From an uncultured Verrucomicrobiae bacterium (GTDB lineage Bacteria > Verrucomicrobiota > Verrucomicrobiia > Chthoniobacterales > JAFAMB01), in contig CAVULL010000013.1 of NCBI GenBank assembly GCA_963742335.1, positions 15,297 to 79,296 of the forward strand: a stretch of 64,000 bases of DNA, read 5' to 3'. Every line of letters starts with the position of its first letter. Positions within the stretch are counted from its first letter, which is position 1. Under the pieces are notes generated by a model. It did no database searches, was not told where the DNA came from, and was given only the letters and a program-made list of their open reading frames with translations. Of this stretch, positions 9,675 through 20,425 are shown in pieces. The position numbers and the translations under genes are program-made.

Positions 9675-10139
9675 TATGTCCTTTGTCTGGTGGACACGGA
9701 TGAGGCCGCACAAACGATTCTGCAAGCGCTGAGCCGTACCGGTTTTGCAAAAGAAGAGACGTTCGTATGGACATCTCCTGGTCAGGACGCCGAGGAAATT
9801 GCCGGTCGTCAAAAAGCGGAAGGGGATAGCCGCGAATCGACCGAAAAGGGCGTTGGTCTTTTAGCCGGCATCGGGCCGGAAATCGTCGGTGGCTCTGGAC
9901 ATTTCATCGGCCCCCGTAGCGCTGTGGGCGCGTCAAACAGGGGTGAGTTAGGCGTGCAGGAGGGGGAGTCCCCAGTGATTTTCGATCGGTTTGGGCTTTC
10001 TGAAGCCGCCGCGCGACAGTACCAAAGCAGACTGGCGGAAGGGGGAACACTCATTGCTGTGCAGGCGGAGGGCAATCAGACAGCAGCGGCCAGAAAGATC
10101 TTTGAAGAAGCTCACGCTCAAGAAATCTCGGAGGTATAA
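9666..10139 (+). CDS. hypothetical protein, weakly general-stress (YflT-like) in character
   Basis: 157 aa. N-terminal MKHYVLCLVDTDEAAQTILQAL and C-terminal GLSEAAARQYQSRLAEGGTLIAVQAE resemble YflT-type repeats by eye. Confidence 0.45.
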   Translation: MKHYVLCLVDTDEAAQTILQALSRTGFAKEETFVWTSPGQDAEEIAGRQKAEGDSRESTEKGVGLLAGIGPEIVGGSGHFIGPRSAVGASNRGELGVQEGESPVIFDRFGLSEAAARQYQSRLAEGGTLIAVQAEGNQTAAARKIFEEAHAQEISEV

Positions 10140-10223
10140 GGGAACAAGAGTCAGTCCGGTTGACCTTGAAAGGAGGAGACGGAATCGATCAGACTACGCA
10201 TAAAATGCCCGCGATAAAATGCT

Positions 10224-10544
10224 ATGGCTGCTGCACCTTTCTTGTTTCAAATCCTATTGGCAGGGTTAAAAGACGTCTCACCTGAAAACGTCAATCGATC
10301 GATCGTCGTCGAAGTGGACCCTGCCCTGATGGCTTGGGTCAGCCCGACTGGCGAGAAAGCAAAAATTGAGCGTGAATTCGCCGAAGTAACGGCCCGCGCT
10401 GCCGCCGCGGAGATCATTCGGAGTGAATTTAGCGTGACGTGCGATCGGTTGGATTCTCTCGCGCAGATCGGCTCTCTGCCGGATAAAATCCGAGCGCGAG
10501 CTCCAATTCTTCAGCGGGCGGGCGTGCGCGCCTGGCTGCTCTAA
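10224..10544 (+). CDS. hypothetical protein
   Basis: 106 aa ORF, no motif. Confidence 0.3.
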   Translation: MAAAPFLFQILLAGLKDVSPENVNRSIVVEVDPALMAWVSPTGEKAKIEREFAEVTARAAAAEIIRSEFSVTCDRLDSLAQIGSLPDKIRARAPILQRAGVRAWLL

Positions 10545-10660
10545 CTCTGTTTGAAGGCAGGGGCGCGCACTTCTTTTGGACGGTTTGTGACGCAGATTCT
10601 GGACGCCTGAACGCCGAAATTCGGTTGCATCCAATTGGCGGCTCTGCCGCGATCTAATCC

Positions 10661-10942
10661 GTGCGAACAAGAGATTCGAGACCGACGCCGGAAGAGCCTG
10701 ACGGCTCCCCGGCATGGTTGCAGATCGTGGTCAGCTCTACGCAGTTCGAATGGCTGACGAAGCAGAGCGAGTTTCTGGGTATCTCTAGACAGCAACTCGT
10801 AGTGGACGCAGTGGAAGAGTGGGTCTGTCGAAACCGCTCCGCTTCTTTTCCTGGCGATCCATCCATAACCGCGCAAACGGCTCTGGACGACTTTATGCGA
10901 CGACATCGAGATGAATTTTTGTCAGACGCGGACGAGACATAA
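10661..10942 (+). CDS. hypothetical protein, possible ribbon-helix-helix
   Basis: QIVVSSTQFEWLTKQSEFLGISRQQLVVDAVEEWV looks like a beta-alpha-alpha RHH pattern. Confidence 0.3.
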   Translation: MRTRDSRPTPEEPDGSPAWLQIVVSSTQFEWLTKQSEFLGISRQQLVVDAVEEWVCRNRSASFPGDPSITAQTALDDFMRRHRDEFLSDADET

Positions 10943-11127
10943 GTTGTAGAGAGGGATGACTGATGTCCGGGAGTGTGGGACGAGATAGATCCACTTTTGG
11001 CAAATCTTGACAGGTACCGTGAGATCCAGCTGTTCTCGCAAAAGCGAACCTTCAAAAGCAGTGCGAACACCTCGCGGGCGAATTGCCCTTTTCAGAAATA
11101 ACCTTAAATCGACTAACTTTCGATCTT

Positions 11128-11277
11128 ATGCTTTGGACAATCGCGATTATTTTATTGGTCCTTTGGCTTCTTGGTTTGGTATCGGCATTCACCATTCACG
11201 GCTTCATCCATATCCTTTTGGTGGTGGCTATTATTCTCATCGTCGTACGTCTCGTTAGCGGGGGTCGGGCGGTCTGA
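11128..11277 (+). CDS. lmo0937-family small membrane protein
   Basis: MLWTIAIILLVLWLLGLVSAFTIHGFIHILLVVAIILIVVRLV is the typical two-helix signature of this family. Confidence 0.7.
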   Translation: MLWTIAIILLVLWLLGLVSAFTIHGFIHILLVVAIILIVVRLVSGGRAV

Positions 11278-11318
11278 ATTTGTCGTGATTGATGCGCCGT
11301 AGGGCTTGATTTAGTTCT

Positions 11319-11771
11319 ATGCCCAGGAAAAAGACTTTAGAGCGGGTGCGTCAGGCGGAGCACGACGGTAAGGCGCCTTCTACGCAGGCCGGTGAATTTG
11401 TGCGCGAAGAAATCGAGAATATTCGTGCAGGAAAACATGGGGCGCGATCGACTAAGCAAGCGATCGCCATTGGGCTTTCGAAGGCGCGGCGGGCCGGGGT
11501 AAAACTGCCGCCCCCCGAGAAAGGGTCGGCCCCTGAGGAGACCCGTCGGAAGGCGGAAAGGGAATACGAGCAGGCGCAAGCGGGAGAGCAAAAGCCACCT
11601 TCATCCAGTCGGGCGCGGGCGACGATCAAAGCTCTTAAGCGCGAGAGTTCGGAGGTGGTCTCGAAAAACTTGCTCGCGCAACAGACCCGTTCAGCTGCTC
11701 GGCAGCGAAGTCCTGCCGACAGATCAGAGTCGGCGAAAAAGGCCGCGGTGACGCGTGCCAAAAACAGATAG
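11319..11771 (+). CDS. DUF6496-like basic protein
   Basis: GKAPSTQAGEFVREEIENIRAGKHGARSTKQAIAIGLSKARRAGVKLP matches my recollection of the DUF6496 family. Confidence 0.7.
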   Translation: MPRKKTLERVRQAEHDGKAPSTQAGEFVREEIENIRAGKHGARSTKQAIAIGLSKARRAGVKLPPPEKGSAPEETRRKAEREYEQAQAGEQKPPSSSRARATIKALKRESSEVVSKNLLAQQTRSAARQRSPADRSESAKKAAVTRAKNR

Positions 11772-12090
11772 GAAGCTGAAAGCTATGAGCGATACGGAAG
11801 ACTACCCAGGTCCAAGTGAGGACCAACCCGAAAAGGAAGGCCAGGATCCACGCGGCAAAGCTGACGAGCGAATGGTCAAACCGCCCGCGCGGCCAGAGAA
11901 AGAGTCCGAAGAAAAACTGGCCCCTCAGCCGAACCGCAAGCGATAGCGTGCGTGGCGAACAGGCGGCCAACGCATAGGTCAACCCTTCCAGCCTGTCTGT
12001 TTCGCCAAGTAAGAGTTAGAGGAAAGCGAAAAGCCTCCCGGCGCCGGACACGCCCCCACCTTTCCCGATCTACGCCGACACGTAGTTCTC

Positions 12091-12288
12091 CTATTGAGAA
12101 GGGGTAACGACTGTCGTGGTCGTTGAGGTTGGGGGTGGAAGAGGAACCGCTTCACTCATTGTTGTGGTCCGTCTAACTGTAGTTGTCGTAGTGGCCGGCG
12201 GCGGTGTGCTGACAACCTCCTCGCTAGTGCATGCGCCGAAGATGGCCGCGGCACCCATCGCTAAAATAAGCCGTGATACTGTTTTCAT
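12091..12288 (-). CDS. small Thr/Pro-rich lipoprotein
   Basis: Lipobox-like MKTVSRLILAMGAAAIFGAC followed by PPPATTTTTVRRTTT. Confidence 0.55.
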   Translation of the reverse strand: MKTVSRLILAMGAAAIFGACTSEEVVSTPPPATTTTTVRRTTTMSEAVPLPPPTSTTTTVVTPSQ

Positions 12289-12495
12289 AGTCTGTTAAAA
12301 GTAAATTTCGCGCGAGCGCTACGCTGCGGATCTGAACGGCGGTCCTTTTTGTGTAAAGGTGAGCGCCGAAAAGAGTGGTCTCTTGCGTCCTGCCGAGTCT
12401 TGGAAAGCGATCTAAAAAGGGAAATCGTTCTATCCGTCTGGTGGCTTTCTCACAGCAAAAACCACGATAAGATAGACAGTAAATTCAGGACTCTC

Positions 12496-13380
12496 ATGAA
12501 CCAGAACTTAGACCTGCTTCGACAAAAATTTTGCCGTCCGTCCACCGCCGCCGGCAAAGGATCAGACTACCTTTTTCCTCTCGAGAGGGAATGCCCACAG
12601 GGGCGTACGCTCTGCACTAAATCGCCCGGGAAGCTCTTTCGCTTTCAGGAGTTTAGCCCATTCGGTCTTCAGCAGACTTATCGAGACCAATCGACCGGCT
12701 TAGAACTCCCGCTTTTTGCCGTGTTCGATCTTGAAGGTAAACACCAATTTGTTTCGGAGATTACGACCGATTCGATTTCTCCGATAGCCGAGCCGAAAAG
12801 CCTGCCTTCGTACATTCCGTTGGTGAAGACGCAAACCTCTTTAAGGGAGCTCAACAAAGGTCGAATGAAAAGCGAGCAGGTAGTGTCCCGTATCTCCGTA
12901 ATCCTGGGAATCTTTCCGGCGTTAATTTATTTTTTGTTAAGGACTACCGCCATTCCTGGGGTCATGGAAGCCGGTATCCTGGCGGGAGGGTGGATCCTGG
13001 GCGCTTTCCTGATATATGCCGTGAGCCTGTTGATTCTCGATCGGCTCTGCCCCTGGAAGAGATTGGTTTTGACCGCGGAATTTGATGGCATTCTTCCGAA
13101 TAAAACGCGAGTAAAAGCACGGGCCGCTAAAGACCACTTCGAACATCTCTACGTCGTTGTCGATCAGCAGAACCGTTGGAAAAGTGCCCTTCTTCCTGAT
13201 CCGAGGCCACGTGCACTTGATCCGCTCCTGATTGGCGAGCTAGCACAAGGCCGGAGCCGAAAGTTCTTTCTGATTGATCAATTCGATCTTACGGAGGCGG
13301 AACAGTATCTCGCCGACGAGTTTGCCGTTAAGCCGGAAGAATTTCTTGGTCCTGGCCAAGATGATAAATGCCTTCTCTAA
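12496..13380 (+). CDS. hypothetical membrane protein
   Basis: ORF trimmed to the ATG at 12496. Two adjacent hydrophobic helices (ILGIFPALIYFLL / ILAGGWILGAFLIYAVSLLIL). Confidence 0.5.
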   Translation: MNQNLDLLRQKFCRPSTAAGKGSDYLFPLERECPQGRTLCTKSPGKLFRFQEFSPFGLQQTYRDQSTGLELPLFAVFDLEGKHQFVSEITTDSISPIAEPKSLPSYIPLVKTQTSLRELNKGRMKSEQVVSRISVILGIFPALIYFLLRTTAIPGVMEAGILAGGWILGAFLIYAVSLLILDRLCPWKRLVLTAEFDGILPNKTRVKARAAKDHFEHLYVVVDQQNRWKSALLPDPRPRALDPLLIGELAQGRSRKFFLIDQFDLTEAEQYLADEFAVKPEEFLGPGQDDKCLL

Positions 13381-13667
13381 GCGTAACCGTTTGCGAAATG
13401 TTCAAGAAAAGCGGCCCGGACTTTTCGTGCCACTTAGTACGCCGCCCGGACCGCCCGTTGGGAAATTTGAAAGCAGTTCGTCTATCCGGCGGTGTTCGGA
13501 CTGCCTGCCGATCGATTTCAGTGGAAAAGATGATTATTGGCGAGTGGCAGAGAGACGAGGCGGCCAGGGAAGGATCGGTCGTCGGCGTTTCAGGCGACAA
13601 TTGTGACATCTACTAAAAATGCGATCCGTACCACATTCAAGCGGGTCGGTTGGTAAAGGCGTTTTCT

Positions 13668-15707
13668 ATGGATAGCTCCGCGGTAAGTGAGGCATCATGG
13701 GGCGGGGATTCTAATGCGGAATGGATGAGTCTTGCCGTGGAAACCGCTGGCATCGGGACTTGGGAGTTTGATCTGGAAGAGGGGACGGGCTTTATCTCCG
13801 AGCGATGTTCGGAGGTAATGGGCTATCCCAAAGATGCCCAAAGGTTGATACGCTTTGAAGACTGGCTTTCGATGATGCACCAGGAAGATCGTAAACGCGT
13901 TCTTCAAGCTTGTGATCCAGAGGGAGATCGGGAATTAAAAATACGCCTCCAGTTAATCAGTACGCTAGGGACTGTGCGGCATGTCCTGGTCCGAGGACGT
14001 GCCTTCTTTTCGATCCGAAATGCGCCGGGAGGTGGGCCAGTTCGATACCCGGTCCGCTTGGTGGGGATTGTCCGTACTCTGAGCGACCGTCAATTCTATC
14101 AAAGGGCCCTCGCGGAAAGTGACGAGAGATTGAGATGGGCTCTCCAGCACGCGCCTATCCCAATCATGATTCACTCCGAGGATGGGCAGGTGATCGAGTT
14201 GAATCGCGCTTGGCAACGGATCACCGGCTATTCAATCGAGGAAATTCCAACCTTAGAGGCTTGGGCGGAAGTCTCATGGGACCGATCAAGCGCGCACAAG
14301 ATGTTGGAGGAGATTTACCGTGCAGGTGACGGCTTTGTTGGTAGTCCGGTAGAATTGCCTCTGCAAACTAAAAGCGGCGAAATCCGCCAGTGGCTATTTT
14401 ATTCCGCAGCCCTGGGAAATATGGATCAGGGACGACAAGCCCGGATGACTTCCGCCCTGGATCTGACGGAACGGAAAGCAGCGGAAGAAGAGAGAAATCG
14501 GGCCCTGGGACAGGCGGAGGCGGCCAATCAATCGAAAGATCAGTTTCTCGCCACTCTGAGTCATGAACTAAGGACGCCTCTCAACGCGATTCTTGGCTGG
14601 ATATTTCTAATGAAGCAGGATTCGGTGAAGCCGGAAGTGCAAAAGGAGGGCCTTGTGGTGATTGAACGCAATGCCCGCGCCCAAAGCAACCTGATAGCTG
14701 ATCTTCTCGACATTTCGCGGATCGTTGCCGGCAAGCTTCGTTTAGAGCCGCGACCTTTGAATTTCCTTTCCTGCCTCGAGAGCGCTCTCGACAACATTCG
14801 CCCGTTGGCCAACGAAAAGCGTATCCAGATGACGAGCAAAATAGATTCTACAGTTTTGCCTAAAATCCCAATGTATGGAGATCCGGTCAGGCTGGAGCAG
14901 GTCCTCTTGAATGTGCTGGCCAATGCCATAAAATTTACCCCTGCCAACGGGAGCGTTGAGGTCACCATCGAGACTTCTGGCGCACTAATGCGGCTGACTG
15001 TGGCGGACACCGGCATCGGAATAGCACCTGATTTTCTTGCTTGCTTGTTTGATCGATTTAGTCAGGCGGACGAAAGTTTGAGAAAAGATCGTGGACTAGG
15101 GTTAGGACTAACCATCAGCCGACACATCCTCGAGTTGCATGGGGGGAAGATTTCTGCTGCCAGCGAAGGGCCAGGAAAAGGAGCCTCATTCACCATCCAA
15201 TTGCCGATTGCCACCCTCCAACTGGCGAATATGGCAGAGGAAAGCGCGCTGCCGAACTACCGAGTCCAAGCGGTTCGGACATTGGATGACGTAACAATAG
15301 TCTCAGTCGACGACAACGCGGACGCCTTGGCATTTATAGATCAAGTATTAAAGCTTCACGGCGCTAAAGTGTACTCGGTCGACACGGGTGCAAAAGCCAT
15401 CGAGGCAGTGAGGCAACATCATCCCGATGTTGTTTTATGCGATCTGATGATGCCCGAAATGGACGGATATGATGTTCTGCGCCACATTCGGACCCTGGAG
15501 GATAAAAAAGCGAAGATCGTCCCGGTAATAGCTTTGACGGCGTTTGCCGGAGCGGAGAACCGGATAAAGACAGCACAAGCCGGATTTCGAGTTCATTTGG
15601 ATAAACCGATCGATCCACCTCAGTTAGTTAACACGATACGAGGACTTATTGAGGCGGGGAGAACGGGGGCAGGAGTTCAGAAGGCAGAAGCCGGAAGTCA
15701 GGAGTAA
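13668..15707 (+). CDS. PAS-domain hybrid sensor histidine kinase with C-terminal receiver
   Basis: H-box FLATLSHELRTPLNAI, N/G boxes (NVLANAIKFT, DTGIGI, GLGLGLTI), and a receiver domain (VLCDLMMPEMDGY...KP). Confidence 0.9.
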   Translation: MDSSAVSEASWGGDSNAEWMSLAVETAGIGTWEFDLEEGTGFISERCSEVMGYPKDAQRLIRFEDWLSMMHQEDRKRVLQACDPEGDRELKIRLQLISTLGTVRHVLVRGRAFFSIRNAPGGGPVRYPVRLVGIVRTLSDRQFYQRALAESDERLRWALQHAPIPIMIHSEDGQVIELNRAWQRITGYSIEEIPTLEAWAEVSWDRSSAHKMLEEIYRAGDGFVGSPVELPLQTKSGEIRQWLFYSAALGNMDQGRQARMTSALDLTERKAAEEERNRALGQAEAANQSKDQFLATLSHELRTPLNAILGWIFLMKQDSVKPEVQKEGLVVIERNARAQSNLIADLLDISRIVAGKLRLEPRPLNFLSCLESALDNIRPLANEKRIQMTSKIDSTVLPKIPMYGDPVRLEQVLLNVLANAIKFTPANGSVEVTIETSGALMRLTVADTGIGIAPDFLACLFDRFSQADESLRKDRGLGLGLTISRHILELHGGKISAASEGPGKGASFTIQLPIATLQLANMAEESALPNYRVQAVRTLDDVTIVSVDDNADALAFIDQVLKLHGAKVYSVDTGAKAIEAVRQHHPDVVLCDLMMPEMDGYDVLRHIRTLEDKKAKIVPVIALTAFAGAENRIKTAQAGFRVHLDKPIDPPQLVNTIRGLIEAGRTGAGVQKAEAGSQE

Positions 15708-15709
15708 CG

Positions 15710-15737
15710 TAGCATAGGCCGAGATCAGCCTATGCTA
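15710..15737 (+). terminator. perfect 10 bp stem-loop 3 nt after the kinase stop
   Basis: tagcataggc-cgagatca-gcctatgcta. There is no T-tract, so intrinsic-terminator status is uncertain. Confidence 0.35.
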
Positions 15738-16006
15738 TGTTACCCTCGAGCAAGGGCGCTAACTAAAAATCTGGCTTCAGCCATGAGCTTGCGGCCCGAG
15801 AGGACCAAAGGGCCGAAAGATCATAAACTACATTATGGCCCGGTTTTTTCCCACCGCATTCGCCCGAAGCTGAAGAGGCGGCCGATGCCTTTTAGAGTGT
15901 TTGCGGATCTATTATCAAAATGCGCTACGTTTGGTCACTCTGTCGCGCGCTTGCCGAAGCCCCTTCAGGGGCACCAGAATCTTGGTGGCGCCGCGGCGCA
16001 ACGAAA

Positions 16007-17113
16007 TCACCTATGAGCGCCGCCCGATCCTGGCGCATCTCGCAACTGAGCTAGTCCTTTCGTCGAAGCACTGCAGACGCCGCGTTCCGTAATTAACGCC
16101 GTTACATAGCGGGCAGGCGTCACATCAAAGGCAAAATTGGCCGCTCGACTTCCCTCCGGCGCAATTGTCACGGTGACGATCTCTCCGGCTGCCGTCTTTC
16201 CGGTGATGCGAGTGACTTCATCCGAGGATCGCTCCTCAATCGGGATTTCTTTCACTCCATCTTGGAGTTGCCAATCGATAGTTGAGAATGGCAGTGCTAC
16301 ATAGAAGGGAACAGCGTTCTCGTGCGCGGCGAGTGCCTTCAGGTAAGTTCCGATCTTATTACATACATCACCCCCGGCAGTGGTGCGGTCGCTTCCGACG
16401 ATACATAAATCAACCATGCCGTGCTGCATCAGATGTCCGCCTGTATTGTCGGCAATTAAGGTGTGCGGAACTCCATGATGCGCCAGTTCCCATGCTGTCA
16501 GGGATGCTCCCTGGTTGCGGGGCCGAGTTTCGTCGACCCAGACGTGGACCGGAATTCCAGCGTCGAAAGCTTTGTAAATTGGCGCGAGCGCCGTCCCCCA
16601 ATCGACTGCTGCCAACCATCCTGCGTTGCAGTGAGTCAGGATCTGAAGTGGCCGTTGTTGATCCAGGCGACCCCAGATCTCGCGAAGCAAAAGCAATCCA
16701 TGGTCGCCCAGCAGAGAACAATTTTCGGCATCTTCGTTGGCGATCAAAAGAGCCTCGCGATAGGCAGCGTCGGTGCGTTCGGAAAGAGGAAGGCTCTCCA
16801 GAAGGCCGCACATCCGGTCAAGAGCCCATCGTAGATTGACCGCGGTGGGTCGCGATTGCACAAGTAAATTGTACGCCTGTCTGAGCGACTCGTCCGAAGG
16901 GTTCGACTTCATCGCTAAAGCGATCCCGTAAGCCGCTGCGGCCCCGATCAGGGGTGCGCCGCGAACAACCATCGACCGAATGCCCTCGGCGGCATCCTCG
17001 ACGAAACGCCATCCCGCTACCTCAAATTTGTGAGGTAACTTCGTCTGATCGATGACAAAAACCGATTGCCCCTCTGCCCAGATCGTCCGGTAATGGTTGC
17101 CCTCTATTTTCAT
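16007..17113 (-). CDS. mtnA: S-methyl-5-thioribose-1-phosphate isomerase
   Basis: [12 protein letters not shown]...[19 protein letters not shown]...[22 protein letters not shown] overlap with mtnK. Confidence 0.9.
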   Translation of the reverse strand: MKIEGNHYRTIWAEGQSVFVIDQTKLPHKFEVAGWRFVEDAAEGIRSMVVRGAPLIGAAAAYGIALAMKSNPSDESLRQAYNLLVQSRPTAVNLRWALDRMCGLLESLPLSERTDAAYREALLIANEDAENCSLLGDHGLLLLREIWGRLDQQRPLQILTHCNAGWLAAVDWGTALAPIYKAFDAGIPVHVWVDETRPRNQGASLTAWELAHHGVPHTLIADNTGGHLMQHGMVDLCIVGSDRTTAGGDVCNKIGTYLKALAAHENAVPFYVALPFSTIDWQLQDGVKEIPIEERSSDEVTRITGKTAAGEIVTVTIAPEGSRAANFAFDVTPARYVTALITERGVCSASTKGLAQLRDAPGSGGAHR

Positions 17114-18378
17114 CGATTTTCGTAGATTGCCCGCGCGGCGGCTGTTACTTGATTGACGTGACCGAATGAGGATGCGTCGAGTACCAGCCTTCGCGCCAGC
17201 GCCAGCGCATTCGTTTCACAAACAGCTCGGACTTGTCTGCTCCCAATGGCTTCCAAATCTTCCACATGTGCGAGTCCCAAGATTCGCCGAATCATTTTCG
17301 CTCCTGCGAAGCGCAGAGAATCTTCGAAAAGGTTAGTGACGAACCTTTGACGCTCCGCCTCGATGGCTCGGAGCTCATCGAGCGAACTGAAGAGCATCCC
17401 GGCAAACGCGTCACCCGACGGATTTGTCGCCCAGAGCGCAAGAAATTTGGACGAAAATCCACTCCAGAATTTCTCGGTGAGCGTCAGGAGCCATTCGCGG
17501 TACTCATCTCGCATCCCGGGCGCGCTCTCGTGGCCCGTCTGAGAAAAATAGGCGAGAAGTAGATTTCCGATGAGGGCGCCGACGTCGAAGCCCATCGGCC
17601 CATAAAAGGCAAATTCGGGATCGATGATTCTGGTATCCTCGGGAGTCACCATCACGGAACCGGAATGTAGATCGCCGTGGATCAGCGCTTCGGCGGCGCT
17701 CAGGAATTTAAACTTCAGTCTCTGCACCGCTATCTTGAGGTCAGTGTCTCGGCGGAAATTCGCTGCGGTTTCATCCAGTTCGGGAGATGTCCATCGATTT
17801 AGTTTCGCTTGCCGGTATGGATCGGTGAAGACGAGATCTTCCGTGATCTTGCAAAGCTCCGTGTTCGCGCAGAATATTTGCATACGAGCTTTTTTCACTG
17901 CTGCCGGGAGATAAAGATCCGACGTTTTGAAAAGGGTTTGAGCCGCGAATTCTGCAAGATCATCGGCAAGCTGCGGGTAGATGATGCCTCGAATAAAACC
18001 TTTTCTGAGGATGATGTGTGGAGACAGGTACTCCATCACGATAGCGGCCATCGCTTTGTCGAAATGTAATATTTTAGGCACCAGGTTCGCTGCATGTGCC
18101 GCCTCTTCCGTTAAAGCAAGGTACTCGAAATAGCTCCGCTCGAGCGGCAATGGCCATGCGTCTCCGACCAGGCGAAGATAAGGCAGCGCCTGTTTGACGA
18201 CCAGGCTCCCGGCTTCGCCGCGTACGATATAGACGGCGTTGAGATTACCATCGCCGACCTCGCGGGCAATCCACTTCGAGCCATCGGAACCCAGCAAGCT
18301 GCCAACTCCGGGGACCTGTTCCAAGAACTTTGGGATCGACGAGTTCGATAGCGGGAAATAACGCTCTAACATCTGCAT
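17110..18378 (-). CDS. mtnK: S-methyl-5-thioribose kinase
   Basis: [27 protein letters not shown] and [16 protein letters not shown] motifs. Confidence 0.9.
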   Translation of the reverse strand: MQMLERYFPLSNSSIPKFLEQVPGVGSLLGSDGSKWIAREVGDGNLNAVYIVRGEAGSLVVKQALPYLRLVGDAWPLPLERSYFEYLALTEEAAHAANLVPKILHFDKAMAAIVMEYLSPHIILRKGFIRGIIYPQLADDLAEFAAQTLFKTSDLYLPAAVKKARMQIFCANTELCKITEDLVFTDPYRQAKLNRWTSPELDETAANFRRDTDLKIAVQRLKFKFLSAAEALIHGDLHSGSVMVTPEDTRIIDPEFAFYGPMGFDVGALIGNLLLAYFSQTGHESAPGMRDEYREWLLTLTEKFWSGFSSKFLALWATNPSGDAFAGMLFSSLDELRAIEAERQRFVTNLFEDSLRFAGAKMIRRILGLAHVEDLEAIGSRQVRAVCETNALALARRLVLDASSFGHVNQVTAAARAIYENR

Positions 18379-18405
18379 GCGTGGGTTGGGATCCGCCTTG
18401 CTCTG

Positions 18406-18906
18406 TTATCGTGACAGCGTCGCAATCAATGCATTCACCCCCGCCTTGCAGGCTCCGTCATAGTCACCCGCATCAAGGCGGGGTGCGATCGTATCCAGAA
18501 AGACCTTCTTACAAGTCTCTTCCGTGAGCTTGGTCGACAGCCCGCGGCCAGCCTGGATGCGTCCTTGTCGCTCTTGGGTGCTAATTAGAAGCAGCGCGCC
18601 GGTATCCTTGCCTCGCTTACCGATTTTCCAACTATCGTACAGTTGCCGAGCGTATTCTCCGATCGAAACCCCTTTTGGAAGATTGGGTAAGATGACGATG
18701 ATCAACTCGTCCGCGGTCCGCTGATAGAAATCCGCAAGCTGGCTGCTGAGGCGATTTACGGTCTCGGTCTTTAGAACAGATGCGTTGTCTGTGACATACT
18801 TGGAAGGAGCAGCAGGCATGGGAGCCTCTACCGCCTGCAAATTGGTCAGCAAAACCGAGGGGAGAAGCAGAATAAAGAGAGCCGTTTTGATTGGAAGATT
18901 CTTCAT
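18406..18906 (-). CDS. TPM-domain (YgcG-like) protein
   Basis: Signal peptide MKNLPIKTALFILLLPSVLL, then YVTDNASVLK...ELIIVILPNL...GALLLIS...GRIQAGRGL. Confidence 0.8.
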   Translation of the reverse strand: MKNLPIKTALFILLLPSVLLTNLQAVEAPMPAAPSKYVTDNASVLKTETVNRLSSQLADFYQRTADELIIVILPNLPKGVSIGEYARQLYDSWKIGKRGKDTGALLLISTQERQGRIQAGRGLSTKLTEETCKKVFLDTIAPRLDAGDYDGACKAGVNALIATLSR

Positions 18907-19036
18907 TTTTTTCGTTCTACCGCTAATTGTGGAAACCATTATCGGTCTTCGTGCGAAAAAGACAAAAGGGTTCAATCTCAAATTTGGCTAAACAAAGACG
19001 AATTCATTGTCACCCCGGAGGGAACCGCCTCGGCGT

Positions 19037-19192
19037 GGTAAGCGAAGCGTCCCCGCTTTGCCGCCTTGAGCAGGACGGCCTCAACTAAGTCTTAGAGGCC
19101 CTAAATACGCCGACACGCCCCCACGCCCTAGGCCGACACACTCAGCCAGCGCCCTTCCGCCCAAAGAGGCAAAGCGGGACGCTTCGCATACC
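19037..19192. repeat. pair of inverted REP-like half-sites flanking about 100 bp of gccgacacg-type repeats
   Basis: ggtaagcgaagcgtccccgctttgcc (19037-19062) against gaggcaaagcgggacgcttcgcatacc (19166-19192). Confidence 0.5.
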
Positions 19193-19391
19193 AGGCCGAC
19201 ACGCTCAGCCGGTGCGGTCAATGCTCAAATTCGGATCCCACGCCCACACGTTCAGCCCGCGCCCTACGCCGCTACGCCCACCGTTTCTGCCCACGGCCTA
19301 CGTTTCTTTTCGGTATCTACCGGTGAAGCAATCGGGCATACTGGCGAAACCCACGAAGCGGGGTTGCTCGCTATTGATCGTTCTAACTACA

Positions 19392-20360
19392 ATGAAACAG
19401 AAATATTCCGTTATTCTCGGCAACTTGGGAAATACTCGAGATCGTTTTTGTCCCGGCTACAAAGACAATCCTCCGACTATGGAGATGCTCCGGCGAGCTT
19501 TTAGCATCCCGGACGTAACCGGTATCGAATTAGTAGGCACCTGGGATATTCGATCGGACAATGCGAAAGAGATGAAATCGGCCTTGGGCGATGCGGGCTG
19601 GCAATGTGTCTCAATCATTCCGGACCTGTTCACTCAACCGATTTACGGCAAAGGCGCTCTCTCCAGCTCGGATCAAAAGGTGCGACGTCACGCCATCGAC
19701 AATACGAAATCGATCTGCGACGCTGCGCTTGAACTGAATTGCGATCTAATCAATCTGTGGCCCGGACAGGATGGATTCGATTACCTCCTCGCCACCGACT
19801 ACGAGCAAGAGCGTGAGAACGAGTGCAGTTCGGTTCGGGAGCTGGCAGAAGCCTATCCGATGTTGCGATTCGCGCTCGAATATAAGCCAAAAGAACCAAG
19901 AACCCACTCTTATCTCGCTAGGATGGCGGATACTTTATTGCTCGCGCAAGAGACCGGACGTCAGAATGTCGGGGTGACGATTGACACTGGGCACGCCTTT
20001 TATGCCGGTGAAGTTGTTGCCGACCAGGTGATTGTGGCTAAGCGCGCTGGAAATCGGTTATTCCATATGCATTTCAACGACAACTTCGCCGCCTGGGATG
20101 ACGACATGATCGTGGGATCTGTTCATACGGTAGAATACTTGGAGATACTTTACTGGCTTGATAGAACCGGTTACGATGGTTGGCTTTCGATGGATCAATA
20201 TCCCTACCGAGAGGAGGCTGCTGAAGCCATCGGTGAAAGTGTGCAGTGGCTCAGGCAATTCGAAGCAATCCTCGAGAAATCGCGTCCCGAGATCGATCAG
20301 CTGATCACCCAGAGAGATGGCGTCGCGACTTCTCGATTCTTGCGCCAGGTTTTGGGATAG
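19392..20360 (+). CDS. sugar phosphate isomerase/epimerase (xylose-isomerase-like TIM barrel)
   Basis: ALEYKPKEPRTHSY, DTGHAF and HMHFNDN motifs. Start moved to the ATG at 19392. Confidence 0.8.
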   Translation: MKQKYSVILGNLGNTRDRFCPGYKDNPPTMEMLRRAFSIPDVTGIELVGTWDIRSDNAKEMKSALGDAGWQCVSIIPDLFTQPIYGKGALSSSDQKVRRHAIDNTKSICDAALELNCDLINLWPGQDGFDYLLATDYEQERENECSSVRELAEAYPMLRFALEYKPKEPRTHSYLARMADTLLLAQETGRQNVGVTIDTGHAFYAGEVVADQVIVAKRAGNRLFHMHFNDNFAAWDDDMIVGSVHTVEYLEILYWLDRTGYDGWLSMDQYPYREEAAEAIGESVQWLRQFEAILEKSRPEIDQLITQRDGVATSRFLRQVLG

Positions 20361-20425
20361 CAGGCTCCCTGAAGCGTCCGCGCGCGCTGCGTTCTGACCC
20401 TCGCTCTGACCCCTTCTTGTATTCA

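Noticed and set aside
3216-12288. Shared TTTTTV-R motif in the two secreted Thr-rich proteins (3216-3695 and 12091-12288).
   Set aside because: This is low-complexity Thr-run similarity and is not evidence of homology or a system.
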